Positions 33,788 through 49,147 of a DNA stretch of 64,000 nucleotides are shown in pieces. Where the stretch lies: NCBI RefSeq assembly GCF_009914755.1, contig NC_060947.1; one strand, given 5' to 3'. Position numbers and translations under genes: made by a program. Each line of letters starts with the position of its first letter. Position 1 is the stretch's first letter. The notes beneath the pieces were generated by a model. The model was not told the origin of the DNA. It ran no database searches and saw nothing but the letters and a program-made list of their open reading frames with translations. This DNA is from the human T2T-CHM13v2.0 reference genome, Homo sapiens.

Positions 33788-34072
33788 TGCCCTCTACTTC
33801 TTTACCACATGTGCAGGGCTGTTTTAATTTTTAAAAAGATCTGAAATTTAACAGCATCAGGTTATTCTTATTTTTAGTAACCATTAAAACATCAAAGGTT
33901 GGGGGACAGCATTCACCACCATCCTGAAAAATCGCTCTTCTTGGATATATAAACCAATATTAGAACTTTCTTTGCTATAATTTATAGCATTATAAAACCA
34001 TAAAACAAAATGAAAAGCCAAACAATCATTATATACAAGTATTCAACAGCTTTCTATAGGGAAAAAAGTCTA

Positions 34073-34834
<762 letters not shown>

Positions 34835-35434
34835 TCAGTTCTTAGAGCAACCCAGTTAAGAGATGTGTCCTCTATTACCTGAAAAAGAGTAAAACAGGAT
34901 CTCAGCTCAGAAACAAAACACATTCCATATTACAAATCCAGATATAGATATTGTTTTAATGTTAATGTAAATTTGTTAGCTTTCCCCAGAATTAAAAATA
35001 AAGCAAATCATCAATTTACTCATTTGACATTTACTTGCTTGGCATTTACATACAACAAAACTAGGTTCTACCATGTCTTAATTTTGCCCTAAAAATACTG
35101 CTACATGTAACTTTAAATAGTAAGTTTGTTACACCACAGCATATCATGGTTTACCACGTTAACAAACCAGTCTCTTCCAATAATTAAGTATATATACACA
35201 CATACATACACACATTTATATATTTCCCCTTTACTCTTATACTTTACCAGCTTCTATTAATACTTATTAAATGGCCACTATACATCAGCTACTACATGCT
35301 AAGACTCTTCTATATCTTATTGCAGCCTCACCAAAACTCCATGAGTTATCAACTCCATCTTATAAATGGAAAGTCTAAAGCTTAAAGGGGTTAAGAAATT
35401 TGTTCAGTTATTCAGTGCTTAGAGGTAACACAAT

Positions 35435-35900
35435 GTAGCAGTCTGATTCATTAGCGGTCATGTCTTCTGGTATTTATGCCCTTCTATAGTATAGTCCCTT
35501 CCCGTTGCATTTGGACCTGGTTTAGCCCATAGAAGGTAGTGAAAGTGATGTGCAAATTTTTGGCCTCGGCCTAAAAAAGGTGTGGTGATTTCCAAGGTGT
35601 GGTGGTTTTCACTTGTGCACTCTTAGATATCCTAAGCCAAAGTGTAAGGAATCCATCTACTGTGCTAGAGGGACAAGGGAAGAGATAATATGGAGAAGGA
35701 AGAGCTCTGAGACTACATGGAAAGAGCCAGAGGCCCAGCCATCCAGCCAACTTACCAGCTAAATGCAGCCTCCTAGTGACCACTGGCAAGACCAAGAGAA
35801 CCACCCAGCTGAGCCTAGCTCACTGCAGTATCATGAAACATACCAAAATGGCTATTGTTTTACATCGTCTTGGGGTGGTTTGGTAAAAAATAACAGACAA
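35435..35900 (+). mobile_element. MaLR LTR (MLT1), followed by a MER58-like hAT fragment to about 36105
   Basis: MLT1 phrasing; aaagtttgccaacccctg terminus. Confidence 0.65.
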
Positions 35901-36280
35901 CTAAAACAGGCCAGGATCCAAACTCGGTTATACTGGTCCACTGCCTGTTTTTGTAAAGTTTTATAGGCTCATAGGTGTGCCCATTCATTTATGTGAATGG
36001 CTACTTTTGTGCTACAAGAGCAGAGTAGCTACAACAGAGACCATATGACCCACAGAGCTGAAAATATTTACCATCTGGTCCTCTACTAAAGTTTGCCAAC
36101 CCCTGCTCTATAGCTTAGCCACTGATTCAATTACTCTCAAAGTTTTGCTAGCATTACCTTTGTGGTTTACACTAAAACACACCCGGAGCTCGAACTATCT
36201 TTTTGAGAGCACCTTTTTCAAATGTCACCAGAGCACATGCTGCACACATGTTCTCCTTCCTTATTCAAAGAGGGTGATTA

Positions 36281-36640
<360 letters not shown>

Positions 36641-37071
36641 TCACTTTTTAAACTTTTCTATCAGTTATGCAGGCCTTTCAAACTCAATGAGTGTCCCTCC
36701 CTTCAGTGCGGTGTCTAAAGATAAAGGCTAAACTAGAGATGGGCTGTATCTGGGACCATTTTCTCAATTTAAAGTGCGAAATGTTTATCTCAGGGGTCCC
36801 CTAAAGCTTTATTAATGTGAAATGCCCACTCAATATTTAGTACTACTGTACATTCTTAGACACTTAAAGCTAAAAAGAATCTTGGATATCTAGTCAAAAT
36901 CTTCCTCAGCTTTACAAATGAGATTTCCAAGGCTCCAGAAAACAAACAACTATACAATGAGAAGCCATCCTAAAGCTCTGAGTTTCCGGTTTCACCTGCA
37001 AACTCAGAAAATGCCAATTAACTGTATGTGCAAAGGCTTAACTGTCTAGTCTCTCCAACAAATTCATCTAC

Positions 37072-37375
37072 TTTTTTTTTTTTTTTTTTTTTTTGAGACG
37101 GAGTCTCACTCTGTTGCCCAGGCTAGTGTGCAGTGGAGCGATCTCGTCTCACTGCAGCCTCTGCCTCCCGAGTTCAAGCGATTCTCCCACTTCAGCCTCC
37201 TGAATAGCTGGAATTACAGGCGCACACCACAAGCCCAGCTAATTTTTGTATTTTTAGTAGAGACGGGGTTTCATCATGTTGGCCAGGCTGGTCTCGAACC
37301 CCTGACCTCAGGTGATCCACCAGCCTCGGCCTCCCAAAGTGCTGGGATTACAGGTGTGAGCCACCGTGCCCGGCC
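37072..37375 (-). mobile_element. AluS (PIGA intron 1)
   Basis: Full antisense dimer; TSD tcatctac. Confidence 0.95.
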
Positions 37376-38019
37376 TCATCTACATTTTAAATATACTCTC
37401 GGAAAGACCCCAGAAGTGTTTGTTGACTGAGTTTACTAATTAAGATTCAATATTACCAAATATTGAAATTCCCCAAGTTTGTACTTTTAGGTGGCTTAAC
37501 TAACATTTTCTTACTGTGGTCACCTAAACCCGAACTTCCAGTTCTACCAGTTTTAAAAGATGAACGATAGCAAAAACAGTGAGTAATGAACCAAATGATA
37601 TCATTTAAAATGTTGTCATTAGCCTGCAACGTTCTGTGAGGAGTCTGCCCACTTCCGCCAGGTTTTCAGTCCAAACATCTTTGACATAAAAGTTCATTAT
37701 GCTGCACAATCGCAGAATCTTAGCTCTTAAAGCCGAAATGAGGCTTGGAGCTCTAGTGAATACCTCTCTCGTTTTACAAATGAGAACCCAGACAAGTTGA
37801 GTGATTTGTCCAAGGTTCCCACCCAGCCACTTAAAGTGGCAAAGACATTACCGTAAAATTCTCGACCACGACCAACGAGCCCTGGGCAATCATTAGCAGT
37901 AGAGGTTCCTGAAGAACCTTAGGGAGACCTGGCAGGAGTTGTGGGTCAAGAGAATGGTACTTCCACCGACAATTCCTGGGCACTGTCTGAGCTTCATTCC
38001 CTGATTCCCTGAGAGGTCG

Positions 38020-38765
38020 CTGGGGAAACGCTCGGGCCAAGGAGGGGATACCCCTGCTCAGACAGCGACCCCGCTGGGTTCATGGCGGGGATGGCCAGGC
38101 CCAAAGAGAGAAAGAAAACAACCAAAGAGTGGACGTTGGTCTCAGGCCCGGGGTTCCGGAGACCCCAGTCCCTCGACCCACCCGCCTGAGCCAAGGAACC
38201 CAGCGCGTCCGCCCTAAACGCACCCTCAGCCCCAACCTACTCTGGAGACCCTCCGACCCAACTTCCGGGCTTCGAACCGGGTCGGTTTCACCCCCTCCAC
38301 CACCCGCCACGATCCCACGCGCGCAGAACAGCCCCATCCGAAAGCGGCCCAGAGCGCTGGAGAGGGGCGGCGCGACGCGCACTCACCGGTGAGTTCCATG
38401 GCCGCCAGTGTCCGGACCTCCCGCGGCTGCAGCCGGAGTCCCTCCCTGCTGTCCCGCAGCACCAATCTAGGGCGTCCGCGCCCAAGGGCCGCGCCCCCGA
38501 GGCAGCCAATCACAAAGAGGCGCTGAGGTCACGTCCGAGAGAGACGCTCTGTCGTCCCCACCCTTAAGCGCGAGATGTAACGTCAGCGCGCGCCTGCGCC
38601 CGTCTCCTAGAAGCGGCCGACGGTAGGGTGGGTGCTCACCCTGGTTTCCTGGTTACAGCGTCTCTATTCCGGACGCCAGTTCTCTGCGCGCTTGCTTCTG
38701 ATTGGAGAGACTTTTTGTTTGTAATCAGCTGTGCCACGGCAAAACCGTGCCGGTTCTTACCGCTC
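38020..38765. promoter_or_regulatory. CpG island / TATA-less PIGA promoter with CCAAT boxes (38462, 38506, 38701), CRE-like TGACGT (38580-38585) and NRF1-like GCGCCTGCGC
   Basis: Only CpG-dense non-Alu segment in the window; motifs read directly. Confidence 0.9.
38387..38440 (-). other. PIGA: PIGA exon 1 (5' leader; contains an upstream ATG at 38397-38399); TSS approximate
   Basis: Consensus donor CCG|gtgagt at 38381-38389 inside the CpG island. Confidence 0.88.
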
Positions 38766-38767
38766 TG

Positions 38768-38961
38768 GGACGTTTGCCAGATAAATAAATAAAAATACAC
38801 AAAAAGTCAAAACAGATGAAACTATGAAGTTTTAATTTCAGATAAAGCACAAATGATGTTTAATACAAGCATGTACCAAATATTGGGGACTTCACTACAC
38901 ATTCGTTTTTTATCGGACATGTAAATTTAACTAGACATCCTGTTATTTATATGGCAATTCT
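38768..38961. mobile_element. MER53-like palindromic hAT MITE
   Basis: ttgccagataaata...tatttatatggcaa termini and internal self-complementarity. Confidence 0.7.
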
Positions 38962-41574
38962 ACACTCTGAGGGAAACATACGAGGTCTGATCTGAAATAT
39001 CAACTCCCACTCGACTGGTTCAACTAGTTACGATGGTGCTTGACTAGGAAGCTAAAGAATCAGTGAGAGTGGTATGACGGTCATCCATGCGTCACAGCTG
39101 GTACTTGGAATCCCCCATCCCTGCCATACGTGCGTTTTCGAGAAGAAATTCCTTTCTGAGTACCATCACAGCCACCGTTACTGGCACCCATTTTATTAAG
39201 CCTAGTGTAAGCCTATTCATCCCTGAAAATGTCTGCTCCTTTCTGATGCTTTCCCCAAGCCTCCAGAGAATGAAATACTCTCACTTTTTAATTTTAATAG
39301 TACTTTGGCCACATGCTGGCCAAAGTATAACATTTATCAGATGATATTCAAGTTGTTTGCCTGATTGCATTCTCCCTCCTCACCCTGATCCTTGATTACT
39401 TGTCTCTTGAGATCTCACATGGACTTCTTTCTGAAAACGGAAATTGTATTTGCTTGTTAAATGTCTGCCTTCCCTGCCAGATAGTAAACTGAGGCAGGAT
39501 CTGTTCTTGGTAATGGATGTTGAGGAAGTTTTAGTTTAATACATGAATTTCTTTACCCAATGTCAGCACACTCCCTGACACATATTAGATGCTCACAATA
39601 AAATGTATTGACAGTATTTCGTGGAGTGTACCTTATACAAATTACAGTGCAATAACATCATTGAAAGAGCATTTTAGTTGTGAGATTTGAAGCGAATTAA
39701 TGAGTTGATGAGTAAGACTAGAGTAGCAATCGATACTTTGCCCTGTGTTAATATTGATGAAGCATCGGAGAATTACAGTGATGAAGACTCAAGGACACTT
39801 AATTAAGCTTTATAATTTGTAGTTGGTTTCACAGATAACAGCGACATTACCAGATAGGTACAGCATTTGGCCTCCTTTCCATTTTTGTAATAGGTTTTAA
39901 GACAAAGAGTGGGGGTAGAAATCCTGGAAGGTATAAATGAGGGTTAAGCCTCACTTATTGAGCCCCTGGTTTGCCCCTGCCATAGTTCTGATCACAGTAC
40001 ACGTTTGAAATTCCACCATGAATCTTTTTTCAAAATATAACAAATATTTCTTATTTTTATCATCAAACATTTACTGGATGTCTGCTCTGTAAAAGGCCTT
40101 GTGGGGAATACAAGAAATATTAAGCATAGTCCCTGTGTTTCAACAGCTTTTTATTTTTTCTAGCTTTTCCTGTACATGTTATCAATAGTCAAAAGAAATC
40201 CACCTTTCTTAAAAGGTTCTTTGTGTTTCAAATATAGAATAGGCTGACCTTTATAAATAGATATTAATAGAGGCACACTGTTGCTGAGTCTCTGTGGGGG
40301 AGGGCGTTGAGGAGCCTGCAGGCTGTTCCAACAAAGTCTGAAAACATTGAACATTTATTTAAAGCTCCAGCTTCTGTCCTAGGCACTGAGCATTAAAAGA
40401 TAAATAAATCATGATTCCGACTCCCAAGGGTTCATAATCTCACCTGGGTACATGACTTCATTTATAGTCAGTTAAGTAAAGGTCTCCATTTAAGGCTATA
40501 TTCTAAAAAGTCAAAAGAAATTTGTAGTAGCAAGATTAAGATATAAATCTGGAGATGATTCTAATTATGGTGTCCTGCCTTAATGTATGGTCTCAAGGTA
40601 TGTCTTGAGAGAATTTTCTCCGGAACCACTAAAATTAGACTAAGATACTTACATGCATTATATTCTGATTGCACTTAATAAAATATGAGGGCAATTGGTA
40701 CCAGTTTTAGTATTAAACGACCTGAGATGATGAAGATGTAAAATAAATGTAGATATCATCTTCCCTTGAAATTCAGTTTTTGCAACTTCATATGTAAATT
40801 AGCTCTTTGGGATAATCTTGGAGTGCGAAGGCAACAAACATGTCTTGAGAGCCTACTATCTGTGTACAAAGCACGATGCAGAGAAAACCTGGCATGAGCT
40901 TTACTTGCAAGGAAACAATACAGAGTTAAGGCATATGTAAATATCTACGATAAAAAGCAGGAAGTGATAAATGCCATAAGAGAAATATAAGAAAAATATT
41001 GGGAGTTCAAAGGGGAAGAGTATTTCTAGCTGCCAGCATTTAGCTAGAAGAATAAGTAGATGGTGTCATGCAACTCTTGGGAACAGGGTAATTCCAAGAA
41101 CAACATGAATGAGGTACAGACAGGTGCTGTCCAGCAAACACTGCTTTGTAATCACAAAGGAAAAGAGAAGGGAAAGTGGGCAGACAGAAGAAGAGTGGCA
41201 TTATCAATGAAGGTTAGAGCAAACTGGTAGAAGATATTACTAAGGAAAATGGGCTTGATGTTGAGGCGGACTTCCAGCCAAGATCACATTTTCAATTAGT
41301 ATTTTGAGACTCCTAACTCCTGATTCTGCTTCAAATATAACAATAAGTGATACAATATAAATGAGAAAATTTAATGTTTTACCTGTGATTTAAACAAGAA
41401 GATAAACATTTCCGTGTATCAGAAACAGAACCAATACGCAAAATGGTGATCAGGAACAAAGCCACCTAGGTCCTGGATTCTGTATGTGGCAGCAGGAAGA
41501 TGTGAACCAGGGTTCAGCCCCTGTAGAATAATAGACTAACAGGGTTCCATGTGTGGCTTGATACAGGAACCAGT

Positions 41575-42035
41575 TTTGTGAGAGACTGTTACAACGGTGA
41601 CCTTCAATAAACCAGTATTCCATATTGGCAGCCTTGTCTAATCCTCTCCCACATTGGCTCTGGGTTTGAGCATGTGACTGGAATGGCCAAATGAGATGCC
41701 ACAGATGCTTAATAAGTGTTTATTTACTGGGATGCATCTTGTTGGAACCTTTCCTCTTGAAAGCCAATGACCATGCTGTGAAGCTCAGACAAGATATTGG
41801 ATAATGGCAAGCCACATGGAGAGAAGCCCTGAAGAATGAGAGGTCATCTTGGGCATTCCAGCAGTAAGTGAGTTCCCAATTTAATATAACCACTGGAGTG
41901 ACTTCAGCCTATACTATGTGGAAAGAACCACTTAGCTGATCCTAACTAACCCACAGAATTATGAGAAATAATAAATCGTTATTGTCTCAAAACATTAAGT
42001 TTTTGGGTGATTTGTTACATAGCAATAGATAACCA
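41575..42035 (+). mobile_element. MaLR LTR (MLT1)
   Basis: Ends ttgttacatagcaatagataac. Confidence 0.7.
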
Positions 42036-42184
42036 AGCCTTATTGCTTAACCATCTCCCCTACTTGTGAATAGACATTGAAAGAATTTTTTGCCAACAGT
42101 CTGAGGATATAACTTTGCTAACAGAACTGAGCCAAGCAACATAATTTGCAATTTTCCACTATCACTGCTAGTCTGGGGGATATA

Positions 42185-42187
<3 letters not shown>

Positions 42188-42227
<40 letters not shown>

Positions 42228-42280
42228 ACACACACACACGGGGAGAGGAGAGAGTGAGAGTGAGAGCGAGAGAGAGAGAG
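42188..42280. repeat. (CA)n followed by (GA)n compound microsatellite
   Basis: Direct reading. Confidence 0.95.
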
Positions 42281-43009
42281 CTCTCAAGATTGGTTTATAA
42301 ACCAAAATTCAAAAACAATGGAAGATATATAATATTAAGAAAGACAACACACAAATGTAACAATGGAAGAAGAATTCACTCTAGACGCAATTCAAATAAT
42401 TTTTGAAATGACATTTTTAAAAGAATAAGAATTTGGAAATAAAAACATGCAGAAATTAAACAAACACCAGTGGATATAAAAGAATCAATTAGATACCTTG
42501 AACATGAAGATGTTACTAGCATTTTTAAAACTCATATTGATAAGCTTTAGGCTACACACTGTTGAAACAAAGGTTAGTGTGGTGGAAAAGAGTAACTAAG
42601 GCAGTTACTTCTTTTTGATGCAGAATATGAGATGAAATGTCAAACCACAATCAAAGCTTTGTCCTAGGAAAATTGTTCCAAGAACTGGAGAAAAGGAAGG
42701 TGAAAGAGTGGCACAGCTGGAGAAGAGACCAGTTAGGCTGTTCCAGTAGTCCAGAAGCCTCCTTGCAATTTAAAGTAGGGGCTGCAGATCAGCAACAGCA
42801 ACTGGGAGCTGGTCAGAAGTGCAGACTCTCAGATTCTCCAGACCTGCTAAATCTGAATCTGCAATTTAACAAGATCTGGAATGATAGTATGCACATTATA
42901 GCTTAAGAAACTAGCTCTAGACTAGAGGCAATGAGGACCTGATGTTTTCTCGTGGCAATAAAAAAAAAGAGAGAGACAAGGAAAATCACAGGATATTGGG
43001 ATTTGTTTG

Positions 43010-44500
43010 AGTGATGTCTTCCTTTTCGTTTTAGCACCCTTTTTTGAAGACCGTCCTCCAGTAGCCTCCTAAAGAAGACTGCATGGGAGATCGGGAGATT
43101 TTCTAAGAACTTTAATGTCTGAAAATTTATTTTTCAGCCCTCCAATTTTATTGATAGTTTGGGTGCCAAATAGTAGGCCAGAAATTATTTTCCTTCAGAA
43201 GTTTAGCAGCATTGCTCTAGCCTGCTAGCTTTTGGTGTTGCTATTGAGAAAACTAATTTCATTCGGATTCCTGGCCCTTTGTTTGAAGTTATCATAATTT
43301 TTCTTTACTCTGGAAACTTATACATTATCTCTTAGTCTCCCGTGTCCTGAAATTTCATCATTTTGTGCCTTGGTATAGGCATAGTTTCACCTTTTGGACT
43401 AGGGACTCAGAGAGCCTTTTCACTTGCCAACTCATGTGCTTCGAAATTCTCTTGAATTTTTAAATTGTTGATTACATCTCCTATTGTGTCTCTTCTCATT
43501 TCCTGTAACTTCAGTTATTCTGATGTTAGACCTTCTTATCTTTTCACTTTTAATTTCTTATTTATTCTACTTCATAGGAAATTTCTTCAACTCTGTCTTC
43601 CTTTTTTGTTCTATTGAATTTTCAATTTATTATAATAGTTTTAGTTTCCTAGGGCTCAATTATGTCCTCTGACATTTTCTTTTTTAATAACACCTTCATT
43701 TTATTTATTAGTTGCACTGTCTCACCTTCTTCCCTCATCCCCTGGCTATTAATGATTTGAAGTTTTCTTCTGTTTCCTCCAAATTGCCTTTTTCTGTGTG
43801 TTTTACTCTCTGTCTTTCATGTTAGAAATTTTCCCTGGAGGTCTGGGAATTCATGCTTGCTTGCTCATACTTAAAAGAAAGGGACAAAGGAGCTGATCTG
43901 AGGTCTGAGCCCAGGAATGGGGCTTGATGACCTCTTTGGGCTGTTCCATTTGATAGTCCCTCCCCCAGCTAATTTCAGTCCTTTTTAGGTCTTTTCTCTT
44001 AGGCTGGTAAGATTCCCCCTAGAGAAATACTTTTCCAGTACAGATCCAACTGCCTGAATTGTGGTTGCACCTAGTATGTACGCGTTCACTTAATCCTCTT
44101 GTTAGTTCAGCACCCTGCCCTCATGGATGTCAGGCATCCCCCATTCAGGATGCTCTCTCTTTTACCTTAGCCAAACGACTAATAACCCATCTTTTGCCTG
44201 GGGTTGGAAGGAGCAGTCACTCCACCACAGGGAATGTGGGAGAAGATTTGGGATCAAACTGTTTCTTATACAGATTTTTGGAATGAACCTCATTTTAGCA
44301 CCCCTCTCATCCCTCCCATTTCTAGAGGTGCTTGGGACACCCACTTCTGAGCCTTTTGGGAACTCATCTTTCCAGACTGTTGGCTTAAATTATTTTTTTT
44401 TTCAGGTCGGCCACATCATTTACAACTTATCTACGTGCTTTTCAGCTTTCAGAACATTGTTGTTTCTGTTGACTTTATCATTTACCCTGTCCTTGCGGGC
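43010..44500 (-). mobile_element. Ancient L1M remnant
   Basis: T-rich degenerate L1 phrasing; boundaries approximate. Confidence 0.55.
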
Positions 44501-44529
44501 TTATGCTTTAAAAAAAAAAAAAAAATCCT

Positions 44530-44835
<306 letters not shown>

Positions 44836-45239
44836 TCCCCTTACTCTTTAGGAGTATTTACTTTACCCAGGGCATTGGAAAAAAGAGAAAAAACAAACAA
44901 ACAAAAAAAAAACTAATATGTTTATGCACTATCTCTATTTAGAGTCCACGCCATCAACACTAACATTTTAGAGCTATACCACAAACATAACTAGAACCCA
45001 TCAATAAATGTATCCATGACTTTATTTGAATTGTGGAAACCTGAAATTTAAATCACTGTAACTTTTTAGCTTCATTGGGTTGCACACTACACAATGACTC
45101 AAATAAGGTGAGGCCAGTTGATTCCAACAATCGATCAAGGCCAGGTAAAAGTGCCATTTCTTATAGGGGTTCAAGAAGCAGTCTAATTCATTATATTTAA
45201 TGTTCATTGATGACGTGATAAAATAAGAAATATTTTTAC

Positions 45240-45470
45240 ACAAGCGGTTGGCTAACTTTTTCTGTAATGGACCAAAGAGTAAATATTTTAGGCATTGCAA
45301 GCCAAACAGTCTCTGTCCCCAACTACTCAACTCTGCTGTTGTAGAATAAAAGTAGCCATAGACAATACATCAACAAATGAGCATAACTGTGTTCCAATAA
45401 AGCAGTATTTACCAAAACAACAGGCAGTGAGCTGAAAGTGGCCTATGGGCCATAGCTTACTGACCACTGT
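45240..45470 (+). mobile_element. MER58A-like hAT element
   Basis: ggttggctaactttttctgtaa...tgaccactg. Confidence 0.7.
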
Positions 45471-47746
45471 TTCAGAACAATATCAGTGATAAAATTACCA
45501 AAGGCAGACTTTCTTTCATGAAGCCATTAATAAGGGTCAAATAACAGAATTTTTTTGCTCCTTTTCATTTCATAAATATTTTGAGAATAGATTAAATTCC
45601 TTTCTAGAGTTGCAACATCTGAATAATTCAGACATGCATATAATTTAGCTGAGTTTGAAAAACATGAGCTATGTAAAATTACTCTTCACTTTTTAAAGAG
45701 ATAATTTCATTGGCTGGCCACAAAATCAATGTAATAACTTATTATTTATTAAATATTTATTGAGTACCTAATATATGCAAGACATTGTTCTCACACTGAG
45801 GATTAAGACTAAATTAGGCAAAGTCCAGCTCTTGCTGACCAAATCTATTAAGCTCACAATTTTCACTGAACTATGGCTTTTCTTAAGGGCATTAAAACGT
45901 AATGTTTGTATAATTTCCTTTATCAAGTCTCTCAGACAGTATTTTAATCTTCATTCAACTCTGATCATCATGCTGCCTAATCTGTTTCCATCTCTAAAGG
46001 GCCTCCTGCCACACTGTTTTAGTCATAGATTTATGACGTGTGCTGTCACATTAATAATTCTCTGGCCCTGTGGCGTAATCAGGGACATCATGCATTGCTG
46101 GCATTTATTGTGTTTGCTTAAAGCTCTTGGAGTTTCTCACATACTTTTATTTTGCAACAAGTTGAGGATTTTCAACTCACGTTCCAGGGCTGTTAGTATG
46201 ACAAATATTCCTGTGCAATGTCTAGTGAACTCTAAGAAAGCAACAGGCCAGTTACCCCACCTCCGCCCTCAAGGACCAGACCCATCCTGACCCAGCGTCA
46301 GGGATCCAAGTGCAGATCTTGATGGTAATTGGGAATTAAGGAGGAAGAAGAGGGAGGGGTTTTAGAAGCACAAAGCCAGATCACATTGAGTTTTGGCTTA
46401 GCTTAGAATTCCCTATGATAATCTCCATCTAAATGGCAATTATGAAGCCAGAGGCATTTCGAGCCAAAACATGGTTTGAGTTGGTTTTAGGACAGATCCA
46501 AGGATCCAGTATAAGCCAAGAACATCTCAGAGGTCCCAAGCTTCTGAGATTTGCTCAGTCTTGCTTTTTTCCTTCAGAATAATTCCTTTGAGCTATAAGG
46601 TACATTGTATTGTTCAATTTTTTTTTTTCACTAATCGTAACTCTAATGAAATTATCAATTCTGAGATTTAGGGAAATGAGATTATCATTTACATTTGACA
46701 GATGAGAAAACTGAGGCTCGATGACATTGTTCAGGCTTACAATGTGTTTAGGTGGCAGAGTCTGTCCTTAAATTCAGGTCTTTTCTCCTTAGTGATACAT
46801 CCCCTCTTTTTACCAGTCGAGGATAAGCAAAGTAACTCCTTTAATTGTGTGGTATCCTTGAATTGTCTTCTGCCCCAGATCTCAAAGGAATTTAAGCAAA
46901 TATCATGGAGAAGTTGGGAGTGGTAGAAACTGAACGAAAAGGCAAAGCAAAGAGTCGAATGCCAAGTATGTTTTAAAAAACTAAGTTATGTGCAAGCATT
47001 TTCAGAAGCCTGATTAAAAATACAGTAAAATGAGAAGGAAGAAGCCTGTTGACATCAAGGTCATAAAGTGAGGGCAAAAAGAACAGTGGCAAAAGAGGAG
47101 TGACTGGGTTGGCACCAGTAAATGACAAGAGCAATGACAATGGCAGCACAGTGGGGAGTGGTTCCAAGGCCAGGTGAAGGTTAGCTCATGTCCCCAGGGC
47201 AGGGACTGAGAGTTAAAGCCAGGGAAGCATCAAAGGACCTGGAGCCCCAGGCTTCAGAGAATTTCAGTGAATGAAGGGAGAATTCAGGAACTGCTTAGAA
47301 ACCCTGGCAGAGGAAGGGTAGGGATTTGGGCCAGGATCAAACAATGCCACTACCATGGGGCTACATTTGTTTACTATTCCATTGTTTATCATTGTCTTTC
47401 TCCTTTTGATTGTACTGTTCCAGGGTGTTCTGGCCTGAGAAAGTTGGGTTACACAAATTTGATCAGGACACCGTTTCCAATCATAATGAGGTCACAGTAT
47501 GGTGGGGAGATAAACAGGAACACTACTATTTACACAAATGTGTTGTAAGTACCATAATGGGTTGTGTGTGTCTATATACATATCTATCTATGCAAGATAC
47601 TATGCAGGGATTAATTTTAAGTTATTTAATACATAACTTAAATCTGCTAATGCTGCTAAATTCTCTCTGTTATGGCAAAATTTCAATAAAGTCTACATCA
47701 TTAACAAATTAGATGTAGGAGTACTTTGAGGAAAAAGGCTTTATGT

Positions 47747-48067
<321 letters not shown>

Positions 48068-48484
48068 GTGATAGCTGTAGAACAGAGAGAAGAACTGTGT
48101 TGCCATGAGAGTTGGGGTGTCCATGACACTGAGATTTGAGTAAGTGCAGAAACTTGGAGCCAGAGGTGGCTAGAAGAAATGCAAACTCTCAAAGAGGTCA
48201 AGGGCATGGATGGGTTCCCCTCTGCCATGGGATGGGGATCAGGTCAAGTTCAATTTAATCTCAAGGCACAGAGTGATTCGCAGTGGATTCTTGGGTCACA
48301 TTTGCTTAGCCTCATTTAGGATCTTAACCTTTCTGAGAGCTATTCCCTTGGTTTCCCAAAACTGAGGTCCAGTGTTTGTGTCTCTTCCTGCACCTTCCAC
48401 TTTGAAATTCCTTTCTTTCTTTAAAACACTTTTTCTTTAGCATAAATATAGAGTGGAAGCATATTAAATAACATAAAATTATAT

Positions 48485-49020
48485 GGCTTGAATAATGGTG
48501 TTTATTTTCTTTAAATACACTTAAATATGAAACATCAGATGGTAGTTCATTAAACTGGAAGACTATAAGCTGGACAGTAATCAGAAAGTCAGTACTGATC
48601 ATACGAATCAAATTCTGCATAAAAAAGAATCAGAATAATTCACAAGAGTTGCGATTAGCAAAGGACTCAGAGACTACAGTTTTCCTCATCTGCTCTGAGT
48701 AATCAGTCATATGACACCTGCCATTCCATGACCAGCACACCTTTCTCATTCACCAAAAAACAAAAACAAAACTAAACAAAAGGATTACATGGGTCCCCTC
48801 CTCTCCATTCCTTGGTGCGCAGAGGCATCTGCAGCTAGAAGACATCCATCAATGAACCAGGGACTCCTTAGCTGGTGTGAATGGAAGGTTGGTCTGGATT
48901 CACTGTGGTGCTGTGTAAAATGGATTTTTTTTTTAACACCTGGGAAAAAAACAGTGACAGCAACTTGGCAAAGCAGCATGCTGTTAAAAATGACAGGGAT
49001 GGGGAACTTGGAACGCTGAA
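48485..49020 (-). other. VEGFD: VEGFD 3' UTR with AATAAA at 48501-48506
   Basis: Follows the TGA stop; tttatt on the + strand. Confidence 0.8.
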
Positions 49021-49147
49021 TCAAGGATTCTTTCGGCTGTGGGGCCCCTGGGCAGCCCTTTTCTCCTTTGGAAAGCGGCAATGCTTTGCACATGCTGTTT
49101 TGCCACTTGCACATGGTCTGGTATGAAAGGGGCATCTGTCCTCACAG
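49021..49147 (-). CDS. VEGFD: VEGFD last exon CDS (CEDRCPFHTRPCASGKTACAKHCRFPKEKRAAQGPHSRKNP*)
   Basis: 127 nt, acceptor caacag, TGA at 49021-49023; known VEGF-D C-terminus. Confidence 0.97.

Noticed and set aside
38080-38513. Several overlapping ORFs in the CpG island
   Set aside because: Expected from stop-codon scarcity in GC-rich DNA; only the MELT AUG has splice-supported meaning
45775-46290. 171-aa intergenic ORF
   Set aside because: Starts in L2-like sequence, has low-information composition and no recognisable homology; chance ORF unless Ribo-seq shows otherwise
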